Source: Octopus sinensis (lineage: Eukaryota). From it: a stretch of 52,992 bases of DNA. Under the pieces are notes generated by a model. The model ran no database searches. It was given only the letters and a program-made list of their open reading frames with translations, and had not been told where the DNA came from. Shown here one piece after another: positions 26,087 to 38,530 of the stretch. The stretch is taken from the NCBI RefSeq assembly GCF_006345805.1, contig NW_021834296.1, forward strand, positions 1 through 52,992, given 5' to 3'. The translations under genes were made by a program, and so were the position numbers. Each line of letters begins with the position of its first letter. The first letter of the stretch is position 1.

Positions 26087-26980
26087 TAGTGAATGGAATA
26101 AAGGATATGTAATCTTTGTAACTCTGAGCTTTTCCACATATTGTTCGCCAGAGGCCGTTTGGTAAACGGGCTTTTACAGACTGCTTTTCGATGTCCCCAT
26201 TGGCGGCGTCATACGTTTCTTACATATAAATGATACCTAAGACAATTAACACCTTGATATCCTAATAAAAGGAAATAAATTTTGAAAAAATTTTTTTTGA
26301 AAAAAATCTCTGAACAATTTTTGCAAGGGGAAATTACTCCCCTTGGGCGATTGGTCGGTTTTTAGAAGCAAGGGCAGGAGTTATATACCCCTCTGATTTT
26401 TGGCGATGTTAATTTAGATAAGCAGGCCACTGACGGACACACGAACACAGAATTATTTCAGCCGCCTGACCGGCTATTTTCAGCAGTGCTCACTATCTCG
26501 CGCCCCACGCATACACAGGCTAGCATACACACACATGCATGTAGGTAGGTAGTGTCTCGCACCTAAATAATACACCCTGAATTCTTAAAATATTCAGAGC
26601 TTTAATTTTGGTTACACAGAATATCTTCACACCCCTTGTTTTCATTAATTCCTCACCTACTAGATTTGACCGCGGCCTGACCTTGATTTATTCCAACGGA
26701 CCTTTTTGTCGGCCTCCACCAACCCCCCGATTTCAACGTATATTGAGAAACAGTTTGCCCCAATACATGGGCTCTTAAGGAGCGTTATTGTTCGAATTGC
26801 TTGCTGCGCCTTTGTTTTTGTTTGGACATCGTAATTCCTGGATTTTCCTGAAGAGAAAGCTGCAATATGGTATCCTTATTCAATCAGAATTTGGAAAATT
26901 GTGGCCTTTGAAACATGTGTAGAATGTAATAAAAGGAATTCTGTACAGTCTTCGTTCAACTCCATTTCTTCCATTCACTA
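26087..26980. mobile_element. Non-autonomous element next to (TA)n with short inverted termini and a hammerhead near its right end
   Basis: tagtgaatggaa ... ttccattcacta; hammerhead motif followed by aataaa. Confidence 0.5.
26842..26927 (+). ncRNA. Type I hammerhead ribozyme motif with long stem II
   Basis: ttc CTGAAGA gaaa gctgcaat ... attgtggc cttt GAAA c atgt g TA gaa; stem I is short and imperfect. Confidence 0.6.
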
Positions 26981-27137
26981 ATTATATTAAACTTCAATTA
27001 CCCGCACAAACGCACGGTTGCAACACCCTATGGTCATAACTCCAACCATGTTTTTTCTGCTGTGATTTTTGCTACCCAGGTATCGGTTAAACTTTTAAAT
27101 AATCTGTAACAAGATAATTCATCTTTCCATTTCAACA

Positions 27138-27183
<46 letters not shown>

Positions 27184-27238
27184 CGGTGCCCCAGCATGGC
27201 CACAGCTCGTGAGATGAAACTAGATAAAATAAAAATAA

Positions 27239-27304
<66 letters not shown>

Positions 27305-28787
27305 ATAAATATTAGGGAATAAATCCAAATTTACAGGGAAAAAAATCAGATTTAGGATTAAATCCAATTTTATAGTAAAATATTATAAAATATTATAAAA
27401 TATTATAAAATATTATTTATAATATAGGAGCTAATTGTTGTTATTTATGCTCTAATGAGTTTAAAGAAATTTTATTTTATAAGTATGATAATTTACTTAA
27501 TACTGGTGAAGAGCGCAAAATAAAATGCAGACACAAGTTACTTTACCTATATAATAAGTTTCATGATAAATAGCAATAATAGTTCCCTTTTAGGTTACTT
27601 TAGTTTAGTTTAAATTAGTTTAGATAATATATTTTTGGTTATGTTGTCTAGGCTTTAATTATAGTTAGTCTTTATTGATATTTCTTTGTTTTAATTAGTT
27701 CATTTTTAATGTATATTAATTTAACAGTTTATGGTACGTTAAAACTTTAATAATTTATATTAGATTTTTTTATTTTTTTATTTTTATTTTTATTTTATTT
27801 TATTATGTATTTTTATTTTGCATTTGTTATATGTATTGGAGGATATATTTATATGTTTTGGGTGTTATTTAGTGGTGTTTTTATTGAGTTTTGTATGTAT
27901 GTGTGAATGTTTAAGATCCCTTTGTATTTTGTTTTTTATTGTATGTTGAATTGACAGATTTTATTTGGGTATTGTCTTTTATAATAAAGTACACACACCC
28001 ATAACAAATATAAGTGCCCACTTCATTCGTTGTACTTGGGATTGCATGTGAGCCTCAGCATATGCACCTAACGGCCACTCCCGCCCCACATGGATAAATA
28101 AACACATACATCCCCAAAAATGGGAGTAATCCCATTCACACCAATTATATGTATACAATTATACACACTAGAATAATATATAACTAACCCAAATATACAG
28201 AACATACTAATAATCACCAACTAACCACCATCATAAATGAAACCCACACCCATACAATGACAAAACTCCCCCCCATACCCTATTTACACCCACATAGTAA
28301 TCCCAATATATTCATCCATACATGGACGCAAGTGCGTGAAGCACATGCACATAATTAGTACGTACAACCCCTAATACACACTAATATATACGTATCAAGC
28401 TCGACCTCCACAGCGATACGTTTACACCCACTCACACCCAGATGGGTGAATTGCACAACCAGTGAATGCTCACACACACGGGCGCGATTACATTGTTGCA
28501 TATATCGAGCCAAAATAGTATGCATATGTACATGTGAGGGGTACACGCAAATGAAGTGAGCGTGTACCCCCTGCATTTATACCCGTGCGTGAATATACAC
28601 ATGGAGACTACCACACAGGTACAAATTGTTTAGAAATGGGAGCCCCATCACTACACTTAATGTATACTCTCACCCATCCGCACGGATGTGTAAGTGTATC
28701 TCCGGTGTATATGTTGAGGCTTATATGTAGCGTTGTGGAAGGGAACGTCGTTTAAATTGTGAATGAATAGGTGGAGTTGGGAATTGT

Positions 28788-31624
28788 AACCGGGTGGTGG
28801 ACTAGCGTTGCTTGGAATTGTGAATGGATTAGTGTGGTAGTGAGGTATGCATCGAGAATAGTTATGGGTTACTGTAAGTTGTTTGTTAGAGCTGCTAGGG
28901 TGAGCTAAAGCTCATAAATGTATATAATGATTTTCATGGTAGTTTTTATAGAATCCATTCATAATAAATTTTTTTAAGTAGCGTTGGTTTGCTACGTGAT
29001 ATAGTTTTTAGTTCCATTTATTATATTTCTCCATTCATATTTTGAATGACGTTTACTTTCTATGGCGCGTATTCTTTTTTTACATAAGTTATTTCTATGG
29101 TAACGTAATTTTTGTTTGGTTTTTTAACGGCTAAGAATTTAATTTCACTTCATAATTTGTAACTGAATTGTAAGTATGTATTTGATTTATCCTTATGTCA
29201 TATTGTTATTTTTGATATTCTGGTTAATTACGATGTATTTAATGTTGTTTTCATAGGAGTGTTTATGTATATGAGATTGGTTGTGAGTTTTTAGTTGTAT
29301 AATTAATTTATTTATCTGTATGAGTGTGGGTGTGTAAATATTGTTGTATATATCGAGTTTAGTGAGTATGTATATGCGTATATGTGAGGGAGTATATGTA
29401 TCTGTTGTGTGTGTGTGTTTTGCGTGTGTGTGTGTTTGTGTGTGAATGTGTATTTGGGTTTGTTATTTAGGTTTTGGGATGTATGTGTTAATTTGTCTGT
29501 GTGGGAGGGAGTGGGTTTTGGTGTATTTTGAGGTTTATAAGTTAGTATAGGTTTGTGTATAAGTCTTGGGTCTGTGGTTTACGTGTGTGTATTTGTGTGT
29601 GAATGTTTAGGTTAGGGGGATTGCTATATAAGTTTGTTATAGGGTTTAGCAAAGGGAGATTTTATCGTTATATGCTTTTATGAGTTTTGGTTTATCATGG
29701 TTTTTTTTAGGTAATTCGTGGTAATTTGTCTATTTTCGATGTTGGTTATTTTTTTACATTGTTTCATTCATAATTTTTGAGTGGTGTTCGTTTTGCCACG
29801 TGCATAACCGGGTGGTGGACTAGCGTTGCTTGGAATGTGAATGGAATAGTGTAGTAGTGAGGTAGGCATAGAGAATGGGATTGGGTTACTGCAAGTTGTT
29901 TGTTAGAGCTGCTAAGCTGAGTTAAAGCTCATAAATGTATTTAATGATTTTTGTGGGTGTGTAAGTATTGTTGTATATGTCGAGTTTAGTGAGTATGTAT
30001 ATGCGTATATGTGAGGGAGTATATGTATCTGTTGTGTGTGCGTGTTTTGCGTGTGTGTGTGTGTTTGTGTGTGAATGTGTATATGGGTTTGTTATTTAGG
30101 TTTTGGGATGTATGTGTTAATTTGTCTGTGTGGGGAGGGAGTGGGTTTTGGTGTATATTGAGGTTTATAAGTTAGTATAGGTATGTGTATAAGTCGTGGG
30201 TCTGTGGTTTACGTGTGTGTATTTGTGTGTGAATGTTTAGGTTAGGGGGATTACTATATAGGTTTGTTTTAGAATTTAGCAAAGGGAGATTTTATCGTTA
30301 TATGTTTTTAAGAGTTTTGTTTTATCATGGTTTTTTTTAGGTAATTCGTGGTAATTTGTCTATTTTCGATGTTGGTTATTTTTTTACATTGTTTCATTCA
30401 TAATTTTTGAGTGGTGTTCGTTTTGCCACGTGCATAACCGGGTGGTGGACTAGCGTTGCTTGGAATTGTGAATGGAATAGTGTAGTAGTGAGGTAGGCAT
30501 AGAGAATGGGATTGGGTTACTGCAAGTTGTTTGTTAGAGCTGCTAAGCTGAGTTAAAGCTCATAAATGTATTTAATGATTTTTGTGGGTGTGTAAGTATT
30601 GTTGTATATGTCGAGTTTAGTGAGTATGTATATGCGTATATGTGAGGGAGTATATGTATCTGTTGTGTGTGCGTGTTTTGCGTGTGTGTGTGTGTTTGTG
30701 TGTGAATGTGTATATGGGTTTGTTATTTAGGTTTTGGGATGTATGTGTTAATTTGTCTGTGTGGGGAGGGAGTGGGTTTTGGTGTATATTGAGGTTTATA
30801 AGTTAGTATAGGTATGTGTATAAGTCGTGGGTCTGTGGTTTACGTGTGTGTATTTGTGTGTGAATGTTTAGGTTAGGGGGATTACTATATAGGTTTGTTT
30901 TAGAATTTAGCAAAGGGAGATTTTATCGTTATATGTTTTTAAGAGTTTTGTTTTATCATGGTTTTTTTTAGGGAATTCGTGGTAATTTGTCTATTTTCGA
31001 TGTTGGTTATTTTTTTACATTGTTTCATTCATAATTTTTGAGTGGTGTTCGTTTTGCCACGTGCATAACCGGGTGGTGGACTAGCGTTGCTTGGAATTGT
31101 GAATGGAATAGTGTAGTAGTGAGGTAGGCATAGAGAATGGGATTGGGTTACTGCAAGTTGTTTGTTAGAGCTGCTAAGCTGAGTTAAAGCTCATAAATGT
31201 ATTTAATGATTTTTGTGGGTGTGTAAGTATTGTTGTATATGTCGAGTTTAGTGAGTATGTATATGCGTATATGTGAGGGAGTATATGTATCTGTTGTGTG
31301 TGCGTGTTTTGCGTGTGTGTGTGTGTTTGTGTGTGAATGTGTATATGGGTTTGTTATTTAGGTTTTGGGATGTATGTGTTAATTTGTCTGTGTGGGGAGG
31401 GAGTGGGTTTTGGTGTATATTGAGGTTTATAAGTTAGTATAGGTATGTGTATAAGTCGTGGGTCTGTGGTTTACGTGTGTGTATTTGTGTGTGAATGTTT
31501 AGGTTAGGGGGATTACTATATAGGTTTGTTTTAGAATTTAGCAAAGGGAGATTTTATCGTTATATGTTTTTAAGAGTTTTGTTTTATCATGGTTTTTTTT
31601 AGGGAATTCGTGGTAATTTGTCTA
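28788..31624. repeat. G/T-rich tandem array, ~631-bp unit, about four copies (the first has an extra ~390 bp)
   Basis: aaccgggtggtggactagcgttgcttgga at 28788, 29806, 30436 and 31067. Confidence 0.92.
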
Positions 31625-31749
31625 TATTTTCGATATGGATTATATATAGGTTATATATGGATTATATACTTATATTTTTTCATTTATACTTTAATTATTT
31701 AAAATTATTATTTTTATATTTTAAAATTTTGATTTTTTAGATTGGAAGT

Positions 31750-31792
31750 CCACCTGAAGATTGTCGATCAAGACAAGAAACGATTGTAGTGG
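31750..31792 (+). ncRNA. Minimal type I hammerhead ribozyme
   Basis: ccac CTGAAGA ttgtc gatcaa gacaa GAAA c gatt g TA gtgg; all three stems Watson-Crick paired, core intact. Confidence 0.82.
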
Positions 31793-31885
31793 CGGTTTTT
31801 TTGACTATTTATTAAAATTTTATGTATTGATTAAGTCTTTCCTTGTTTGCTTTGCAAAATAGTGGTTTTGTCTCTAATAATATTT

Positions 31886-31917
<32 letters not shown>

Positions 31918-32148
31918 TATAATTAATCAATATAGGGTGGCAAAAAAAATTTTGTAGAATTCCTTTTGCCACCAGCGGCCTAGTGGGAAAAAATTAAATA
32001 GTCACAGACCATTTTTAAGTTCAACATCAACAATCAAGGAACGGCCATAATAGGCCATTCACCCACTAGAAATAACAGCCAAAGCTTCAACCGCAAATAA
32101 AGATTAATTCCGTAAACAGGAGAAAATTTAAAAAACATTTACCCTGTA

Positions 32149-32255
32149 ATTTCTTGTACGATGTACCGTTTCATCTGCTGTTTAATGGTAAACTAACCTG
32201 ATTAAATTAAATCAAGCCAATCTTCCATAGGCCCTCAGATTCTTCAGCAAGAAAT
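32149..32255 (-). ncRNA. Type I hammerhead ribozyme, extended stem II (unit 1)
   Basis: Reverse complement of the motif at 33185-33291. Confidence 0.8.
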
Positions 32256-32639
32256 AGCCAAGTCGGAACAGATATTTTCACGAGGCATTTCCGACCCTGC
32301 CAAGGCAATATCTGACCTAAAATTTTCAAATCGTCGCACTCGCGCCAAATTTATCGGCAGCAAATAAATATAAGCCGCCGATTCCATTACGGAATTAACC
32401 AGAAAATCCATAATTAATCAATATAGGGTGGCAAAAAAAATTTTGTAGAATTCCTTTTGCCACCAGCGGCCTAGTGGGAAAAAATTAAATAGTCACAGAC
32501 CATTTTTAAGTTCAACATCAACAATCAAGGAACGGCCATAATAGGCCATTCACCCACTAGAAATAACAGCCAAAGCTTCAACCGCAAATAAAGATTAATT
32601 CCGTAAACAGGAGAAAATTTAAAAAACATTTACCCTGTA

Positions 32640-32746
32640 ATTTCTTGTACGATGTACCGTTTCATCTGCTGTTTAATGGTAAACTAACCTGATTAAATTA
32701 AATCAAGCCAATCTTCCATAGGCCCTCAGATTCTTCAGCAAGAAAT
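32640..32746 (-). ncRNA. Type I hammerhead ribozyme, extended stem II (unit 2)
   Basis: Identical copy 491 bp downstream of unit 1. Confidence 0.8.
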
Positions 32747-33184
32747 AGCCAAGTCGGAACAGATATTTTCACGAGGCATTTCCGACCCTGCCAAGGCAAT
32801 ATCTGACCTAAAATTTTCAAATCGTCGCACTCGCGCCAAATTTATCGGCAGCAAATAAATATAAGCCGCCGATTCCATTACGGAATTAACCAGAAAATCC
32901 ATAATTAATCAATATAGGGTGGCAAAAAAAATTTTGTAGAATTCCTTTTGCCACCAGCGACCTAGTGGGAAAAAATTAAATAGTCACAGACCATTTTTAA
33001 GTTCAACATCAACAATCAAGGAACGGCCATAATAGGCCATTCACCCACTAGAAATAACAGCCAAAGCTTCAACCGCAAATAAAGATTAATTCCGTAAACA
33101 GTGCGACGATTTGAAAATTTTAGGTCAGATATTGCCTTGGCAGGGTCGGAAATGCCTCGTGAAAATATCTGTTCCGACTTGGCT

Positions 33185-33291
33185 ATTTCTTGCTGAAGAA
33201 TCTGAGGGCCTATGGAAGATTGGCTTGATTTAATTTAATCAGGTTAGTTTACCATTAAACAGCAGATGAAACGGTACATCGTACAAGAAAT
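33185..33291 (+). ncRNA. Type I hammerhead ribozyme, extended stem II (inverted copy)
   Basis: atttcttg CTGAAGA atctg [insert] cagat GAAA cg gtacat cg TA caagaaat; 8-bp stem I, 5-bp stem II base. Confidence 0.8.
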
Positions 33292-33410
33292 TACAGGGTA
33301 AATGTTTTTTAAATTTTCTCCTGTTTACGGAATTAATCTTTATTTGCGGTTGAAGCTTTGGCTGTTATTTCTAGTGGGTGAATGGCCTATTATGGTCGTT
33401 CCTTGATTGT

Positions 33411-33444
<34 letters not shown>

Positions 33445-33450
<6 letters not shown>

Positions 33451-34078
33451 AATGCTGGACATAACAAGCATCGGATGTGGCAGGCAAGAAAGATGTTTGC
33501 GCTGGTATAGTCATGTTCTCCGGATGGATGAGAAGAGATGTGCGAAAAAGTGCCACTCCCAAACAGTTGAAGGAATCCGGGGTAGAGGTAGACCCAGGAA
33601 GACATGGAATGAGGTGATTAAGCATGACCTTCGAGCGTTGGGCCTCACAGAGGCAATGACGAAAGACCGAGACATCTGGAGATATGCTGTAACTGCGATG
33701 ACCCGACAAATAACGTGAGGCTGTTTCCTGCAGCAGCTTCACATAACAGCCCCAACCCATCGGAAATACCTTGGATCGCAGGACGGCCTGCTGTGGTTAC
33801 CTTGGATCGTGGGGTGACCTGCTGTGCTTGAGGAGACCTATTGAGTCAAGTACATCAACATCAAATGGAAATTGTAGTTCTGATACCCGCGCCAATGGCA
33901 CTTTCAAAACACCATCTCAACGTGACTGATGCCACCGCCGTCTTGACTGGCTTCCGTGCTGGGGGCACATAAAAAACACCATTCGATCGTGGCCGTTGCC
34001 AGCCTCCTGGCTTCCCAGACCCCGGTCGAACCGTCCAACCCATGCTAGCATGGAAAACGGACGTTAAACGATGATGAT
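33445..34078 (+). mobile_element. RTE-clade LINE 3' end and 3' UTR
   Basis: LRWYSHVLRM ... RGRGRPRKTW; ends in ggacgttaaacgatgatgat. Confidence 0.85.
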
Positions 34079-34817
34079 ATATATATTTATATACATATAT
34101 ATATATATATATATACACACATACATTTCTGTGTGTATGTATGTGGTATGTATGTACGTACGTACGTATGTATGTATTATGTATGTATGTATGTACGTGT
34201 ATGTGTGTATGTATGTACGTACGTAAATATGTACGTATGTATGTATGTATATATGTATGTATGTATATATGTATTATGCATGTATTACGTATGTATGTAT
34301 GTATGTATGTATGTACATATGTACGTCTGTATATACGTATGTATGTACGTATGTATGTATGTATGTGTGTGTGTGTGCGTGCGTGTATAGTGGCTTTGTG
34401 TGTATGTCTGTCGTTTACGTTTATCTCCATGTGACTTAGCGGTTCGCTATAAGAGGCCAATAAAATCTACCAGACAGAAGTAAGAAATAACTTGTGTCAA
34501 TTTCTTAGATTACAATTCTTCAATGCGGTGCCCCAGCGTGGCCGCAGTCTAGTAACTGAAAAATGTGAAAAAAACTACAAAATTCCTCAGTAACACCTTA
34601 AGCTAAGGGACGTAACTCTTGTACCTCACACTGGCTTTACCTGCTAGAAATAGCAGCCAAAATGGTTTTAAGCCAGATCCCAATGCTGGATCGTCAAGAA
34701 CCAAATGTAGAGCAGAGTTTCAATCCTGGGATCATCCTGATTCCAAAAAGGTAGAATATGTCTATGTAGACTGAGGGACAGGGGTCACAGGCACATGGGA
34801 ATTTCGCTTTTATTAAT

Positions 34818-35468
34818 GTGGCGAGCTGGCAGAAACGTTAGCACGCCGGGCGAAATGCTTAGCAGTATTTCGTCTGCCGTTACGTTCTGGGTTCAAATTC
34901 CGCCGAGGTCGACTTTGCCTTTCATCCTTTCGAGGCCCATTAAATAAGTACCTGTTACGCACTGGGCTCGATATAATCGACTTAATATGTTTGTCTGTCC
35001 TTGCTTGTTCCCTCTGTGTTTAGCCCCTTGTGGGTACTAAAGAAATAGGTATTTCGTCTGCCGTTACGTTCTGAGTTCAAATTCCTTTCATCCTTTCAGG
35101 GTCGATAAATTAAGTACCAGTTACGCACTGGGCTCGATATAATCGACTTAATCCGCTTTTCTGTCCTTGTTTGTCCCGTCTGTGTTTAGCCTCTTGTGGG
35201 CAGTAAAGAAATAGGTATTTCGTCTGCCGTTACATTCTGGTTTCAAATTCCACCGATGTCGACTTTGCCTTTCATCCTTCCGAGGTCCATAAAATATGTA
35301 CCAGTTATGCACTGGGGTCGATATAAACGACTTAATCCGTTTGTCTGTCCTTGTTTGTCTCCTCTGTGTTTAGCCCCTTGTGGGTAGTAAAGAAATAGGT
35401 ATTTCGTCTGCCGTTACGTTCTGAGTTCAAATTCCGCCGAGGTCGACTTTGCCTTTCATCCTTTCGGA
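34818..35468 (+). mobile_element. Tandem multimer of a tRNA-derived SINE
   Basis: One 5' head followed by about 3.5 repeats of ggtatttcgtctgccgttacgttctgagttcaaattcc ... gtaaagaaata. Confidence 0.8.
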
Positions 35469-35493
35469 TGTTATAATATAACACATTCACCGG

Positions 35494-35579
<86 letters not shown>

Positions 35580-35829
35580 TGCAAGACGCAACGAAAATTT
35601 TAGGACAATAAAAATAAGAAAAAAGTGGGAATTTTACCGGTGAGTGTTTTACATAATAAGGCACAAAACGAAAAGGATTCTCTCCAGAAACAACAGAATT
35701 ATTGAACTTAAGTATTACAACAACCAAAAAATAGAAATACATTTTCTTATGCGAATATAGTGTTGCGTTGACAATTTCAATTCAAAGTTTTTATTCATTC
35801 TGCAAATCTTGTTCGTTGATCCCATGCTA

Positions 35830-36325
35830 AAAACGTCCTAACAGACATTGGTTTGAGTTTTACCTGTAGGGGTGAAAATGATAAAATTGTCTTTGCTCCC
35901 CACTCTGGAACCCCAGGATATGTCTGTGTGAAAAACAACCCTTCTCTAATTGCAAAGCAGTAACTTTGAAAGTCTGATCTTGGTACTTATCAATGGACAT
36001 CGCAAGAGACTGACGTATTGGAAATTGAAGTCGTTTGAATTCGATGCGAATATTTGAAGGTGTTAAACTTAAGTGAGGCATAAATATATCTTCACCTTTT
36101 CCAAAGACAAAAATTATTGTGGCTTCTATGATATTTCTCGTTAATTTCTTCACAACAATTCTTGTACCACTGCACAGCTTCGGTTGGGAAAAGGTCTGCA
36201 GAGGCATGATTGGAGCGCTCATTTTCAATCGAAGGCAACGAGGGGGAGCTCGTTGTGGATCCAGTGAGTTTAAGAACTCAACCAGATAATCGGCAATTCC
36301 CATGTCTTCAACAACAGAGTTTACA
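35830..36325 (-). mobile_element. Helitron Pif1-type helicase C-terminal relic
   Basis: EFLNSL ... LRLK ... LCSGTR ... FKRLQFPIRQSLAMSIDKYQDQT ... CFSH; degenerate motifs. Confidence 0.85.
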
Positions 36326-36570
36326 GATTTGTGGCGAACTGGCAGAATCGTTAGCACGCCGGGCGAAATGCTTTGCGGTATTTCGTTTGTCGTTACGTTG
36401 TGAGTTCGGGGACGTAAACATACCAGCATCAGTTGTCAAGCGATGTTGGGGGGACAAACACAGACACACACATATACATATACATATACGACAGGCTTCT
36501 TTCAGTTTCCGTCTGGTCTGGGGATCGAAACCGCGAGTCCGCTGCCCTAACCACTGGGCCATTGCGTCTC

Positions 36571-36668
<98 letters not shown>

Positions 36669-36669
36669 G

Positions 36670-36701
<32 letters not shown>

Positions 36702-36703
36702 AT

Positions 36704-36736
<33 letters not shown>

Positions 36737-37255
36737 CACATATCGTACGCTTCTTTCACTGACCATCTCTGAAACCCACAAACAGGTATTTGGTTATGGC
36801 AAAAAAAAACGGAAAAAAATCGCTCTAGGTGTCACGCAGTGGAACTGAACCTGAAATCTCTATCACACAGTCACACCTATATCTATAAAGCTTGTCTATG
36901 TGTGTGTATAGACAGATAATTCGACTGAATGTTAAGGTGTCGGACGATGTCAGGCAGAGAGATTATGACGTCATAAGGAAAAATTGATTTAAAATGAGTG
37001 TTAGTCATTTTCACCTCTTTTCTTCTTCTCTCTCTCTCTCTCTCTCTCTCACCCCAAACCTTTCTTCGCTCAGTCTTTCTTTTCCGTAACCCTCCCCTTC
37101 TCACTCTATCTCGCTCTCGCTCACTTTCTCTCTTTCTTTCCCCCTCTCTCTCTTTCTCTTCGTTTATGTCTGTGCTTATGTAGGCTTGTGTTGTTGCCTG
37201 CTACTTATGTAGGACCTCAGAAATGTAGGAATATACACATTTCTCGTCTTTATGC

Positions 37256-37353
<98 letters not shown>

Positions 37354-37747
37354 CTATCTATCTATCTATCTATCTATCTAATCTATCTATCTATCTATCT
37401 ATCTATTTGTATATATACATATATGTGAGCGAGTAGAGAGAGAGAGAGAGTGAGAGAGTGAAAGAGAGAGAGAGAGAGAAATATAACTCTAGATACAGGT
37501 ACATATAAATGCTGTCATCAGCATGGCCGTAGCTCTGGGCTGAAACTTTAACATATATATATATATATATATAATATATATAAAGATAATAATAATAATA
37601 ATAATAATAATGATAATAATAATAATAATAATAATGATGATGATGATAATAATAATAATAATAATAATGATGATGATGATAATAATAATAACAACAACAT
37701 TGAAAAATACCTTAGGAATGTGAACTCAGGTTTCAAATTCCCCCAAG

Positions 37748-37791
37748 ACACCTGAAGAAGGCTGGAGGGTATATCAGCCGAAATGTTGTGT
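37748..37791 (+). ncRNA. Hammerhead variant with vestigial stem III (dimer type), probably mutated
   Basis: acac CTGAAGA a ggctg gagggtatat cagcc GAAA tg TT gtgt; AATGTT is one change from the palindrome AACGTT. Confidence 0.55.
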
Positions 37792-37849
37792 TAACAACAA
37801 ACCAGATGAGGACAAATATCCGTCAAATGTAAATGATGTAAATAATGGA

Positions 37850-38530
37850 GAGTACGTAGTTGATTCTAAGAAAAGTGAGCCAAGCTTGTTTAATCAAGAA
37901 GATTTGAATGATTTAGTAAAAGACCTACCATTGTCAAAGGAGAAGGCAGAAGTTTTGGGATCCAGACTACAGCAACGGAATCTCCAACAGTAAGGTGCGA
38001 AAATTTCTATTTTCCATTCTCGCCATGAAGGCTTATCTGTCTTTTTCAAGCAAGAAAATAATGCTTGTTTCTGCACTAACGTTAATGCACTTATGCAAAA
38101 ACTACGACAAGTGTATGTGACTAACGAATGGAGAATGTTTAAAGACTCGAGTAAGGTTAGCCTCGAAGCTGTGCTGTTACATAATGGTAATGAAAAACCT
38201 TCCATTCCTGTGGGTCATGCTATCGGTATGGAAGAAACTTATGAATCGATGGAACTCATTCTGAAAGGAGTTAATTACTCAGTTCATAAGTGAAATATTT
38301 CTGGTGATTTAAAGATGATTTTCCTCCTCCTAGGACTGCAGCTGGAATACATAAAAAATATGCACTTCTTGTATTTTTGGAACAGTCGTGATGACAGCAA
38401 CCATTGCACTGTAAAAGACTGCTCTAAAAGAGATGAGCGCATAATTGGTCCCTACAATGTGCAGCATGTGCCGCTGGTAAACCCAGAAAAAATCTTCCTT
38501 CCATACCTTCACATCAAACTTGCCTTGTAA
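37850..38530 (+). mobile_element. Chapaev3-like (CMC) DNA transposase pseudogene fragment
   Basis: LNDLVKDLPLSKEKAEVLGSRL, WRMFKDSSKVSLEAVLLHNGN, GDLKM and LHIKL motifs; stops and frameshifts. Confidence 0.75.

Larger units (their letters stand above)
31921..33414. mobile_element. 491-bp tandem repeat (about 2.4 copies) plus inverted partial copy; Penelope-like or retrozyme-like
   Basis: Units start at 31921, 32412 and 32903; inverted copy 33100-33414; (TA)n on both sides; a hammerhead in each complete copy. Confidence 0.85.
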
